Below are positions 8,542-17,449 of a stretch of 64,000 nt of DNA, piece after piece; the stretch's first letter is position 1; each line of letters starts with the position of its first letter. Source of the DNA: Candidatus Sumerlaeota bacterium (GTDB lineage Bacteria > Sumerlaeota > Sumerlaeia > Sumerlaeales > Sumerlaeaceae); NCBI GenBank assembly GCA_026398535.1, contig JAPLSQ010000031.1, positions 4,165 to 68,164 of the forward strand, written 5' to 3'. Made by a program: the position numbers and the translations under genes. The notes under the pieces were generated by a model. The model did no database searches. It had not been told where the DNA came from and saw only the letters and a program-made list of their open reading frames with translations.

Positions 8542-11217
8542 TCAATGCGCCGTCTCCTGAATAATGTTCTCCGCTTTACGGACTGCAACCTTATAATCCC
8601 GCTGGATGAAGGCTTGCATGGCGGATTGATAATCGTTTTGGAGTCCGCCTGTTTTGAGACTCTTTCCCTTGTCGCGCGCCCATTCCTGCAACCGGGCATA
8701 GGCATACGCCAGCCGGTAGCGCGCGGTCCGCGCCGCTTTGATCCGCGCCAGCGTTGCGCCGTCATCTTGACGCCGAAGTTCCGCCCGCGCATAGTCCAGT
8801 GAGTCCAATTCCATCGGAATTCCTGCAGTCAGTTGACTGGCCGTGTATGCCTTCGTCACCCCTTGGCGATTCGGGGCGCCCATGATGGTCAGCGTGTAGT
8901 TGCCCGATTCCAATCCCTTCAACCGCAGGGAAAAGGCGCGTCGACCCTCCGTCGGATTGAAGACGATCAGAGGGCGGTCAGCGCCGGTGATCGCCTCTTC
9001 GCAATGATCCAGCGTGCTGGTGTTCAGTGCCATGATCGAGCGGTCGCTGGCCGCCGCGAGCGCCTCATACATCCACCAGTTCCAGATCGAGTTGCCCGCC
9101 ATGTAGAGCGCCGTCCCCTCCTTGCCCGTCGAACCGCCCATCGACTCCAACTGGTACAAAGGTTCCACCGGGAAATATTGCCCCACATCGCGGCGCAAAT
9201 CCGGATTCAGGGCGCGAACTGCCGGGCCATAAGTGGCTGGATAAAAGTGAAACGAGTTGATCCGGTTCAGGTTGGAGAGTTTGAGCAGGAGCGGATTCAA
9301 CGGATTTGACACATCGCGGTCCAACAGCCATGCGATGCACAGGTGCGCCTCGGTGGTTTCCCATGGAGTCGCGCACGCGGCCCCGACATAGGCATAGAAA
9401 AGACCGGCGTGGCCCAACTCGCGGTTGACCGCATCCGTCCTGTCCTCGTGCCAGAAAGTCATGCGAAGCAGGGTGTTAAGGAAGTCGCGCGAGACGCGCA
9501 ACCATTGCGGATTGCCTTCCAGCTCGTAAAGGTTATATGCGGCAACGGCGCCATAAGCGTTGCCTGTCAGATCCGAGGGCGGCATATCCATCGGATCGCT
9601 GTAACTGCGCGTATAATACTTGTTCGATTCGCTGTAGCGCATCTTGTGCAGAAACGTGTCCAGAGAGACCCGCGCTTCATCCAGAAATTGGCGGTTGCCG
9701 CTCATCCCATAGGATCGGGCCATGACGAAGCTGTAGGAGCCGACAGTCCATGGCTCGCGGACAGCGCCCAATCCTGGGTTTTCATAATAAGGAAGAGGCT
9801 GGCGGCTGAGCGGATTAAAATAGGTGGAAAAGACATAGCCAACATTGCGGGCATACCCGATCAATCCTTCGTTGGCCATCAGCATGCGACCAGCAACGGC
9901 CGGGTTAAAATCCTCGTCCGCCAGAGTCTCGTTGATCTGGAGCATCTCCTGGTAGAAGACAAGGGACTGCCATGAGATTTCCATGGGATTGACGGGGGGA
10001 GACTGCGGGAGAAAACTGCGGATCATCCGTGAGGGGGGATCGTAGAAACGCGGCACGGCATCCTTCTTAATCCGGGCAAACTCCAGCGTGCCGGTTGTCG
10101 GGTGAAGACGTGCATAGAGCATCCAAGGCGCGAGATGGTGATTGACCGTGGAGAAATTCCACGCCGAGGGCAGAACCGCGGGATCGCTCTTCATCAGGTC
10201 GGGATGAGCAATCATCTCGTCCCGGTGCTTCACCAGTTCCAGCGGTTCGTCCTTCCATGGCTTTTTCACAACAGCGCAAGTCACATTCTTGAGCATGAGG
10301 TCATGAATCGTTCTCCCCGCAAATCGCTCCCAAGTGACTTCGCCGCCTTCCAGTGTGTCCTTGGGGAATTCCGCGTTGGCGGGGTGAAGGGGCGCGCACA
10401 CCCGGATCATCTTGTCCAATGCCTCGAATTTCGCTGGTTTGCCTTCGCGGCGCGCGCTGTACAGGTAATATTCGATGATCATCGGACCGGATGTGATCTT
10501 GTTGCCCGACAGCTTTCGGGGGTGCATCCCCAGCCCGGTCTGGCCATTCCGCGTCTGTGATTTGATCTGGATGTTTATGAAGCGATGCACGCCCCAGGGT
10601 GAAAACCAAGTCATCGGCGTCATGTTGAAAAAAACAACCGCCTCCCGGTTGTTGTCCCACAGGTAGGCGGCGGGGAACCCGAAGCAGAATGCCACATTGT
10701 ACGCGTCGCCCGTTTGGCTGACCGGCCCCTGGTCCACGGTCAGGGTGGCCGTTGTCTGATTCATCCACAGGGCCACGGTAGGTTGCGGATTATCGATCTT
10801 CAGGTCAGACGGAAGGCGGCATGTGATCGCGAACTTGATCAAGGGGCTGCCGGCCTCGAGCTCAACCCGCGCATCCCAAGGGTAATCGGGATTCTGGCGG
10901 GTTCCTTTGAGCAGGATGGCTTTCCGGGAAGGGCTGTTCTCCACGATTTCGCATGAGCTTGGCTGAAGGTTGAAACAGGAGCCCTCGACGATGGGACGGC
11001 GCGCGTCGAACAGGGCGTCCCAGCGGGAGCCATTGCGGACGTATGTCGTGATTTCCCACACACCGTTCGGATTCCTGTCGAAGGCGACACGCTGGATTTC
11101 ATTGGAGATTTCAACATGGCCGTCCCTGCTTTGCATGGCAGGCGCGCCATGAACCTGGGGCGGCAACAGAAAAAGCGCGGCACACAAGACCGCTACAGGT
11201 GATGGGAGTCGCCTCAT
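8542..11217 (-). CDS. Uncharacterised secreted protein, probable (alpha/alpha)6-barrel carbohydrate-active enzyme (paralog A)
   Basis: Signal peptide MRRLPSPVAVLCAALFLLPPQVHGA from ATG 11217; colinear similarity to 11352..14219 and 48327..51047; helical-repeat segments such as YGMSGNRQFLDEAR and YELEGNPQWL. Confidence 0.7.
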   Translation of the reverse strand: MRRLPSPVAVLCAALFLLPPQVHGAPAMQSRDGHVEISNEIQRVAFDRNPNGVWEITTYVRNGSRWDALFDARRPIVEGSCFNLQPSSCEIVENSPSRKAILLKGTRQNPDYPWDARVELEAGSPLIKFAITCRLPSDLKIDNPQPTVALWMNQTTATLTVDQGPVSQTGDAYNVAFCFGFPAAYLWDNNREAVVFFNMTPMTWFSPWGVHRFINIQIKSQTRNGQTGLGMHPRKLSGNKITSGPMIIEYYLYSARREGKPAKFEALDKMIRVCAPLHPANAEFPKDTLEGGEVTWERFAGRTIHDLMLKNVTCAVVKKPWKDEPLELVKHRDEMIAHPDLMKSDPAVLPSAWNFSTVNHHLAPWMLYARLHPTTGTLEFARIKKDAVPRFYDPPSRMIRSFLPQSPPVNPMEISWQSLVFYQEMLQINETLADEDFNPAVAGRMLMANEGLIGYARNVGYVFSTYFNPLSRQPLPYYENPGLGAVREPWTVGSYSFVMARSYGMSGNRQFLDEARVSLDTFLHKMRYSESNKYYTRSYSDPMDMPPSDLTGNAYGAVAAYNLYELEGNPQWLRVSRDFLNTLLRMTFWHEDRTDAVNRELGHAGLFYAYVGAACATPWETTEAHLCIAWLLDRDVSNPLNPLLLKLSNLNRINSFHFYPATYGPAVRALNPDLRRDVGQYFPVEPLYQLESMGGSTGKEGTALYMAGNSIWNWWMYEALAAASDRSIMALNTSTLDHCEEAITGADRPLIVFNPTEGRRAFSLRLKGLESGNYTLTIMGAPNRQGVTKAYTASQLTAGIPMELDSLDYARAELRRQDDGATLARIKAARTARYRLAYAYARLQEWARDKGKSLKTGGLQNDYQSAMQAFIQRDYKVAVRKAENIIQETAH

Positions 11218-11351
11218 GTTTGAGATGGGAAGCTTCTTCAATAACGATGGCCGGAAAGAGCGGATGCGGCAGACAGGACGGATGACACATCCAAGAGGAC
11301 GAAGGATTGGTTTCAAGGGCGTGCCTTCTTTGCCATGTCCCGTGCCATTCG

Positions 11352-14219
11352 TCAGTCGTATAACTCCCAGCCGTTGATCCGGGACGGGAATTCATACCCG
11401 AGCTGAACAAGAATATAGACCGCGCTATCATTGGCCGCGGAGTAGTTGCCGTTGTCGTAGGCTTGCATGGCCGACTGGAAAACGGTCTTAAGATTCGCGA
11501 GAGGGTCCGTTCCCTGGTCGCGCGCCCGTTCCTGGAGCAGGCTGTATGCCAGGGAAAGGTTGTTTCTGGTGTTGCGTATCTCGCCAATCTGCGCGAGCAT
11601 GGCATTCGCGTTTTCATGGCGCAGTTCCACGCGCGCATAATCCAGCGAATCGAGCGCAAGCGCCACGCCGCTCGTGAGCTGGGCGGATGAATAGACCACC
11701 GGCGCGCCCGAATTGCCCGCCGAATCGGCGCATATCATGGTGTAATTTCCTTCAGCAAGGCCCAGAATCCTGAAGTTGAAGCTGAGCCGCCCGGTTGTCG
11801 GATTGAATACGATAAACCGGCGCTTCGCCGAGGATAATGTCTCCTGGTAATCATCCAGAACATCGAGGTTCAGCGCCATGATGGATCGGTTGTCGGCCTG
11901 CGCAAGCGCTTCATACATCCAGTAATTCCACATCGCGTTGCCGGCCATGTAGAAAGCTGTGCCGTTGCTTCCCGTCGAGCCGCCCGGAAACTCCAGCATG
12001 TAAAACTCCTCGATCGGGCAGTACTGGCCGAGGTCGCGGCGAAGGGAAGGATTCAGCGCACGCACGGTGGGCGTGTAGGCGGCCGGATAGAAATAGAACG
12101 AGTTGATCCGGTTCAGATTCGACAGCTTCAGAAGCAGCGGAGTCAGAGGATTGGCGGTGTCGTTTTTCAGCATCCAGGCCATGCATAAGTTGGCTTCCGA
12201 AGTTTCCCATGGCGTTGGACAGGCCGCGCCGCCGAAGGGATAGAAAAGCCCGGTGTTGCGCAACTCACGGCTCACGGCGTCCGTGTTGTCTTCAAACCAG
12301 ATCGTCATCCGCAACAGAGTGTTGAGAAAATCGCGGGACACCCTCAGCATGCGCGGATCGCCGGATCGCTGGTAGAGTTTGAATGCCGCCACGGCGCCAT
12401 ATCCGTTGCCTATCAGTTCCATGACGGGCATGTCCATCGGCTCGGTAAAAGTCCTTGTAAAATAGGAATTGGATTCGGTGTAGGTCATCGTGGTCAGAAA
12501 TGTGTCGAGCGCCTTGGCCGCCTCCGCGCGCAACCGTTCATTGCGGGTCATTTCATAGGCTCGCATGAGGACATAGGCATAGGAACCGACTGACCATGGT
12601 TCGCGGATGGCGCCCAGACCCGGATTTTCCGCAAAGTCCATCGGCTGTTTGCTGCCGGGATAAAAATATGTCGAGAAGACATAATTGACGTTTGCGGCAT
12701 ATTGCATCAAACCGGACAAACCCATCAGCATGCGTCCGGTGATGGCGGGATTGAAGTCAGCGGGCGCCAGCGCCTCGTAAACCTCCAGCAATTTCTGGTA
12801 AAACACAAGGCTTTGCCAGCTAATCTCCGCCGTGAAAACATGAACCGGCTGGCGGGTGCCGCTGCACACCATCCTGGCCACGGAATCATAGAAGCGGGGA
12901 AGACCCTGCTTTTTTACCATTGCGAATACATGCGCGCTCGTGTTGGGATTCAGGCGCTCATACAGCATCCATGGTGTCAGGTGCAGGTTGACTGTGGAGA
13001 AGTTCCATGCGCTCTCGGCCTGAGACTGGCTGGCCACCGCCCTGTCCGGATGGACAATCATGCGATTGCCGATCGTGATCAGGTAAAGCGGCATATCATC
13101 CCATGCAACGCTCAGGTCGCCATAAGTAGTGTTCCTGATCTGGAAATCGGACACGGCCTGCTGGGTGAATGATTTCCATGAGACTTCGCCCCCCGCCAGT
13201 GTGTTGGACGGAAACACCGAGTCGGCCCGACAAAGAGGCGCGAACACCTGCATCATCCGGTCCAGAGCCTCGAACTTTGTGGGTTTGGCGTCGCGGCGGC
13301 TCGCATATAAATAAAAGGTGACAAGCATCTCGCCGGCGCGAAGCTTGTTTCCGGAAAGATGCCGCGGGAACATGCCCAAGCCTGTCTGCCCCGCCTGCGG
13401 CTGGATTTTGATCTGCACGTCCTGGAAGCGGCCGACGCCCTGCCGCGACATCCAGGTCATCGGAGTCATGTCAAAAAACACCGAAGCCTCCCTGCCCTGA
13501 TGCCACAGATAGGCGGCTGGAAAACCATAGACAAACGGGGTGTTGTAGACATCCCCCGTCGGACTCAGCGGACCCTGGTCCAGAGTCAGATCGGCGGAGG
13601 GCTGATTCATCCACAAGGCGACGGTGGGTTGTGGCGCGGTCAGCGTAATATCCGACTGAAAATGCGAGGCGATCTGAAAAAAGGCGAGCGGGGAATCGGC
13701 GCGCATTTCCATGCCGATGTCCCATACGTTGGGCGGTGAAGCGCTGACGCCATGAAACTGGACAAGTTTGCGGATTGAGCTGTTCTCAAGGATGCCATAT
13801 GATGTCGGTTCAAGATTGAAAATGGCGCCCTCGATCAGGGGACGGCGCCCGTCGAGGAACAGTTCCCACGAGCTGCCGTTCCACACATGGACGCTCGGGC
13901 GAAACTTGCCGTCGGTGTCCTTGGCAAATGATATTTTCTGAATGCCGTTGGACATTTCCAGCAGACTGTCCGTGGCCACAAGCGCCAGGCTGCCGGTTGA
14001 AGGTGCGCTTGTCACAACCATCAGTTCCTCTCTCCCAGTGGTATTGCCCGCGCCATCGCCGGCAGTATTGACAACCCTCTCCGCCGCGTTCCTGGCAGCC
14101 CGCGGCGTGTCATCACCTGCGGGCGTCGCTTTCGGCTCGCCAGTGGCCTTCGCGCTGAGCAATGCCAGCAAACATATTTGGGCCAGCGCGCGAAGAAGAC
14201 ACTTTTTCTTTATCGGCAT
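11352..14219 (-). CDS. Uncharacterised secreted protein, same family (paralog B), with C-terminal W-x-x-Y tail
   Basis: Signal peptide MPIKKKCLLRALAQICLLALLSAKATG, low-complexity linker, shared motifs WNFSTVN/EISWQ/REPW/PWET, ends PSRINGWELYD. Confidence 0.72.
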   Translation of the reverse strand: MPIKKKCLLRALAQICLLALLSAKATGEPKATPAGDDTPRAARNAAERVVNTAGDGAGNTTGREELMVVTSAPSTGSLALVATDSLLEMSNGIQKISFAKDTDGKFRPSVHVWNGSSWELFLDGRRPLIEGAIFNLEPTSYGILENSSIRKLVQFHGVSASPPNVWDIGMEMRADSPLAFFQIASHFQSDITLTAPQPTVALWMNQPSADLTLDQGPLSPTGDVYNTPFVYGFPAAYLWHQGREASVFFDMTPMTWMSRQGVGRFQDVQIKIQPQAGQTGLGMFPRHLSGNKLRAGEMLVTFYLYASRRDAKPTKFEALDRMMQVFAPLCRADSVFPSNTLAGGEVSWKSFTQQAVSDFQIRNTTYGDLSVAWDDMPLYLITIGNRMIVHPDRAVASQSQAESAWNFSTVNLHLTPWMLYERLNPNTSAHVFAMVKKQGLPRFYDSVARMVCSGTRQPVHVFTAEISWQSLVFYQKLLEVYEALAPADFNPAITGRMLMGLSGLMQYAANVNYVFSTYFYPGSKQPMDFAENPGLGAIREPWSVGSYAYVLMRAYEMTRNERLRAEAAKALDTFLTTMTYTESNSYFTRTFTEPMDMPVMELIGNGYGAVAAFKLYQRSGDPRMLRVSRDFLNTLLRMTIWFEDNTDAVSRELRNTGLFYPFGGAACPTPWETSEANLCMAWMLKNDTANPLTPLLLKLSNLNRINSFYFYPAAYTPTVRALNPSLRRDLGQYCPIEEFYMLEFPGGSTGSNGTAFYMAGNAMWNYWMYEALAQADNRSIMALNLDVLDDYQETLSSAKRRFIVFNPTTGRLSFNFRILGLAEGNYTMICADSAGNSGAPVVYSSAQLTSGVALALDSLDYARVELRHENANAMLAQIGEIRNTRNNLSLAYSLLQERARDQGTDPLANLKTVFQSAMQAYDNGNYSAANDSAVYILVQLGYEFPSRINGWELYD

Positions 14220-14234
14220 CTGTTGCTTTCCGCC

Positions 14235-15734
14235 TTAATTTGCATAACTCAATCGTCTTTGGTTCTCGATATATGACGGGACATCGTTCCAGGCAACCGC
14301 GTTCTGAGGGGCATAGTGTTTGACGCTCGACGACATGCGGATGGCTTGGCGCGCGTCGGCCAGCGAACTCATCATGCCAAACGCGCGCGCCTGAACCGCA
14401 AAATTGCCGAGGATTGCGGCTTCGACTGGTCCCGCAAAAACAGGCACACCGCAGGCGTCCGCCGTAAACTGGCACAGCAACTGGTTTTGCGCACCGCCGC
14501 CGAAAATGTGGATGCTGGACGTTGTTCGTCCCAGCGCCTTGTCCATTTCACGCAATGTCCGGCTGTACTTGGCGGCCATGCTCTCCAACGAGCACCTTGC
14601 CAGCGCGCCTTGGGTTTCCGGAACAGTCAGCCCTGTTTCCCGGCAGATTTCCTGAATCGTCTGGATCATGTTAGCCGGCGCGTACAACCGGGGATCATCC
14701 ACGCTGATAAGCGACGCCAATGCCTCGGCTTCGGCCGCTTGTTTTATCAGCTCATCGTAATGAATATCCATTCCGTCCTTTTTCCAAATCCGTCGGCATT
14801 CCTGAAGCAGCCAAAGCCCAATAAAAGTCTTATGGAAACAAATCCTGCCATTCGCGCCGCCTTCGTTGGAAAATCCGAGAGCGAAACTGTTCTCGTCAAT
14901 CAGCGGCTTGTCGAGCTCGGTTCCCATGATGGACCAAGTGCCGCAGGAAATGTAGGCCCACGGTTCAGACTCGTTTTCCACCGGCGCGGAAGCGATGGCC
15001 GAGGCCGTGTCATGGGTTGCCGGAGTAATGACCAGCGTCCCGGCGTCCAGACCAGTTTGTTCCGCAATCTCAGGGAGAATGGGGCCAAGCACTGTGCCGC
15101 AGGGCGTAATATCCCTGAAAATGCGCCGGGGAAATCCCATGCGGTATATAATCTCCTCCTGCCATGTTCCCGTCAGTGGATCGAGAAGCTGTGTTGTCGT
15201 TGCGTTTGTATGCTCACAGGACATGCGGCCAGTCAGCAGGCAGTTGAACAGATCGCCCATTAGAAGAAGGGAACCGGCGCAATCGAGCAGGGGCGACTTT
15301 GAGTGCGCGAGGGCGAGAAGCTGGTAAAGCGTGTTGAAACGATTGAAACCAATTCCCGTCAGCCTGTAGATTTCCTTTTCGGGAAGAATGCCAAAGGCGA
15401 TCTCAGGCATGCCCTCTGTGCGCCGGTCCCTGTAGTGCGCCGGATTGGCCAGAAGTGTTCCATCGCTGGCAAGAAGCCCGAAATCCACCCCCCATGTGTC
15501 AATGCCAATCCCCGCCGCGTGGGGGCCGTGCCGTTTCACAAATTTCGCGATGCCGGTCAGCATCTCCTCATAAATGCAGGCGGCATCCCACTGGTGAACG
15601 CCTTGCATGGTGAGATGTCTGGTTGGGAAACGGTGGATTTCTTCAAACTCAAATCGGTTGGCCGACAGCAATCCGGCAATAGCCCGGCCGTTGCTGGCGC
15701 CAAGGTCAAAAGCCAGGAATCGATGGCTTGTCAT
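14235..15734 (-). CDS. rhaB: Rhamnulokinase (FGGY family, RhaB/FucK-like)
   Basis: AFDLGASNGR, GIDTWGVDF, YRD.RT, HDTASA, SCGTWS, SNEGG, GLWLLQE, GPVEA; GGAGG RBS before ATG 15734. Confidence 0.85.
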   Translation of the reverse strand: MTSHRFLAFDLGASNGRAIAGLLSANRFEFEEIHRFPTRHLTMQGVHQWDAACIYEEMLTGIAKFVKRHGPHAAGIGIDTWGVDFGLLASDGTLLANPAHYRDRRTEGMPEIAFGILPEKEIYRLTGIGFNRFNTLYQLLALAHSKSPLLDCAGSLLLMGDLFNCLLTGRMSCEHTNATTTQLLDPLTGTWQEEIIYRMGFPRRIFRDITPCGTVLGPILPEIAEQTGLDAGTLVITPATHDTASAIASAPVENESEPWAYISCGTWSIMGTELDKPLIDENSFALGFSNEGGANGRICFHKTFIGLWLLQECRRIWKKDGMDIHYDELIKQAAEAEALASLISVDDPRLYAPANMIQTIQEICRETGLTVPETQGALARCSLESMAAKYSRTLREMDKALGRTTSSIHIFGGGAQNQLLCQFTADACGVPVFAGPVEAAILGNFAVQARAFGMMSSLADARQAIRMSSSVKHYAPQNAVAWNDVPSYIENQRRLSYAN

Positions 15735-15786
15735 GAATCGTCTGCCTCCTGCATCATCGGAATTCAGCCATTCTCTTTGATAACAC

Positions 15787-15799
15787 TGAAGTTCATGAT
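15787..15799. promoter_or_regulatory. Candidate operator TGAAGTTCATGAT (identical copy at 26387)
   Basis: The same 13-mer occurs upstream of both regulator-adjacent divergent operons. Confidence 0.4.
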
Positions 15800-15990
15800 C
15801 GGTTTCTTGAGTGCTGAAAAAACCATATAATTTCATGAATGCGTATATACTATATATACAATTGGCCGCGTCAAGGAAAGAATGCATAAAAATGAATTCG
15901 GGGGAATCGGATTTGGCGATTTCACAAAACAATTTGAAAAAACGATCGAATGTTATTGACAATCGTGCGATGGAGCCTGTCGTATTGTAA

Positions 15991-16008
15991 TGTCATGAGA
16001 TAATGACA
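15991..16008. promoter_or_regulatory. Palindromic candidate operator TGTCAT-N6-ATGACA
   Basis: Perfect 6-bp inverted arms in the rhaB/regulator divergent gap; related sites at 16052, 26255 and 58204. Confidence 0.5.
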
Positions 16009-16085
16009 ATCAGCCAGGCATGAGCTTGATGGCGATGTTAAACCTCTCGCAATCATGATCTTATGATACGATTCTCTGGACAAAG

Positions 16086-17261
16086 ATGGCAATACAGTAT
16101 ATAGATCAGAAGGCTAATGACAATATGAACAATTCAACAGACAGCATGGTCAAAGAACAGTTCGACACCATTGTTCTGGATCCCGCATCCAGCGAACCGC
16201 TTTATGTTCAGTTGGAGAAGGCGATCATGGACAGAATCCAAGTGTGCCAGTGGATGCCCGGTTTTCGCCTTCCAACGTATCGCAAACTCGCCGAGATGAC
16301 GGGCGTCAGCCTGATCACCGTTCAGCAGGCGGTGAACAACCTGGTGAATCGGAATCTGCTTTACCGGCGGCAGGGCCAGGGCACGTTCGTCGCCACACAG
16401 GAGACGAAGTCCGCCTCAAACCGCATCGCTCTTTTTCTGCCCAACCTGCGCGAACCGTTTTTCTCTGTCCTGGCGCAGATCATCCAAACAGAGATGATCA
16501 ACGATGGATACGCCGTCTCCATTTTTGCCATGGACGATGGCGTTTCCCAGATCGCGCGGGCTGTCGAGCTTATGCGCGATCATGATGTTGATGGCATCAT
16601 CACCACCACCGCAAGCAACGAGGAGACGTTTTCCCAAGTTCTGCGGGCGCGCTCATGGAACATACCGGTCATCATTGTTGACGGGCACATTCCGGGCGAA
16701 GAGATCAGTTACGTCGAGTGCGACAACCACGAGGGAATGACCCTGATCATAGACCATCTTGTCAGCCATGGACACCGGCGCATCGGTTTTGCCTCAGGCC
16801 CATGCTATACTTATGGACTTAAAGCGCGCATGGAGGCTTTCAGTGAGATCATGAGCAAGCGGGGAATCGGCTTCAATCCGTCCTGCCTCCAGATCAGCCA
16901 CCTTGACCGCGACGAAGGCGGCTGGGATGCGGCGCACAAATTGCTGCTTCTTCGCGATCCGCCGACGGCCATCGCCTGCTCCACCGACATGGTCGCGGCG
17001 GGAGTTCTTCGCGCCGCCAGAGCTCTGGGCATAAAGGTGCCCGACCAGCTTTCTGTTGTGGGATTCGATGACCTCTACCTGGCCGCTCATCTTGAGGTTC
17101 CTCTGACCACCATCAGACAACCCGTGGAAAAAATCGGGAAAATCGCCAAAAAAATGATCCTCGAAAGGATCCGCAAAACCTCCAAGTCCGTCATGGAATT
17201 TCACACTCTCCCGCCAAAACTGGTCATGCGCTCGAGTACAGGCCCCGTGTGTGAACCATGA
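16086..17261 (+). CDS. GntR-HTH / LacI-type effector-domain transcriptional regulator (AraR-like architecture)
   Basis: PLYVQL..W.PG.RLP..R.LA...GVS..TV..A..L..R.QGQGTFV, followed by GHRRIGF, PTAI, SVVGFDD, LTTIRQP. Confidence 0.92.
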   Translation: MAIQYIDQKANDNMNNSTDSMVKEQFDTIVLDPASSEPLYVQLEKAIMDRIQVCQWMPGFRLPTYRKLAEMTGVSLITVQQAVNNLVNRNLLYRRQGQGTFVATQETKSASNRIALFLPNLREPFFSVLAQIIQTEMINDGYAVSIFAMDDGVSQIARAVELMRDHDVDGIITTTASNEETFSQVLRARSWNIPVIIVDGHIPGEEISYVECDNHEGMTLIIDHLVSHGHRRIGFASGPCYTYGLKARMEAFSEIMSKRGIGFNPSCLQISHLDRDEGGWDAAHKLLLLRDPPTAIACSTDMVAAGVLRAARALGIKVPDQLSVVGFDDLYLAAHLEVPLTTIRQPVEKIGKIAKKMILERIRKTSKSVMEFHTLPPKLVMRSSTGPVCEP

Positions 17262-17276
17262 AATATTCATGGTTCA
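17252..17276. terminator. Perfect 11-bp inverted repeat overlapping the regulator stop codon (hairpin or operator)
   Basis: TGAACCATGAA-ATA-TTCATGGTTCA; no U-tract, so a terminator role is uncertain. Confidence 0.4.
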
Positions 17277-17449
17277 TCCAAAGACCATTGCCACCCGCAT
17301 AAAACAATTGTATATGCTCAATATAAAATTTTTGCTTTTATGTCGATTTTCCTTTGACATCCATTTCCGTTTCATTGCTTCTTGCCTTGATCATACAAAA
17401 ATTCATCATTGTATATGATGACAATACATGGAAAGGATGGTATGAAAAG

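Noticed and set aside
8542..14219. Lanthipeptide (LanC/LanM-like) or other RiPP cluster based on helical-barrel proteins, a peptide ABC transporter and a small ORF
   Set aside because: The proteins are secreted, lack recognisable LanC zinc-ligand motifs, the transporter is an importer, and the 39-aa ORF has no Cys
15735..15962. N-terminal extension of rhaB in the ORF track
   Set aside because: AT-rich promoter DNA; a strong GGAGG RBS and the family N-terminus place the start at 15734
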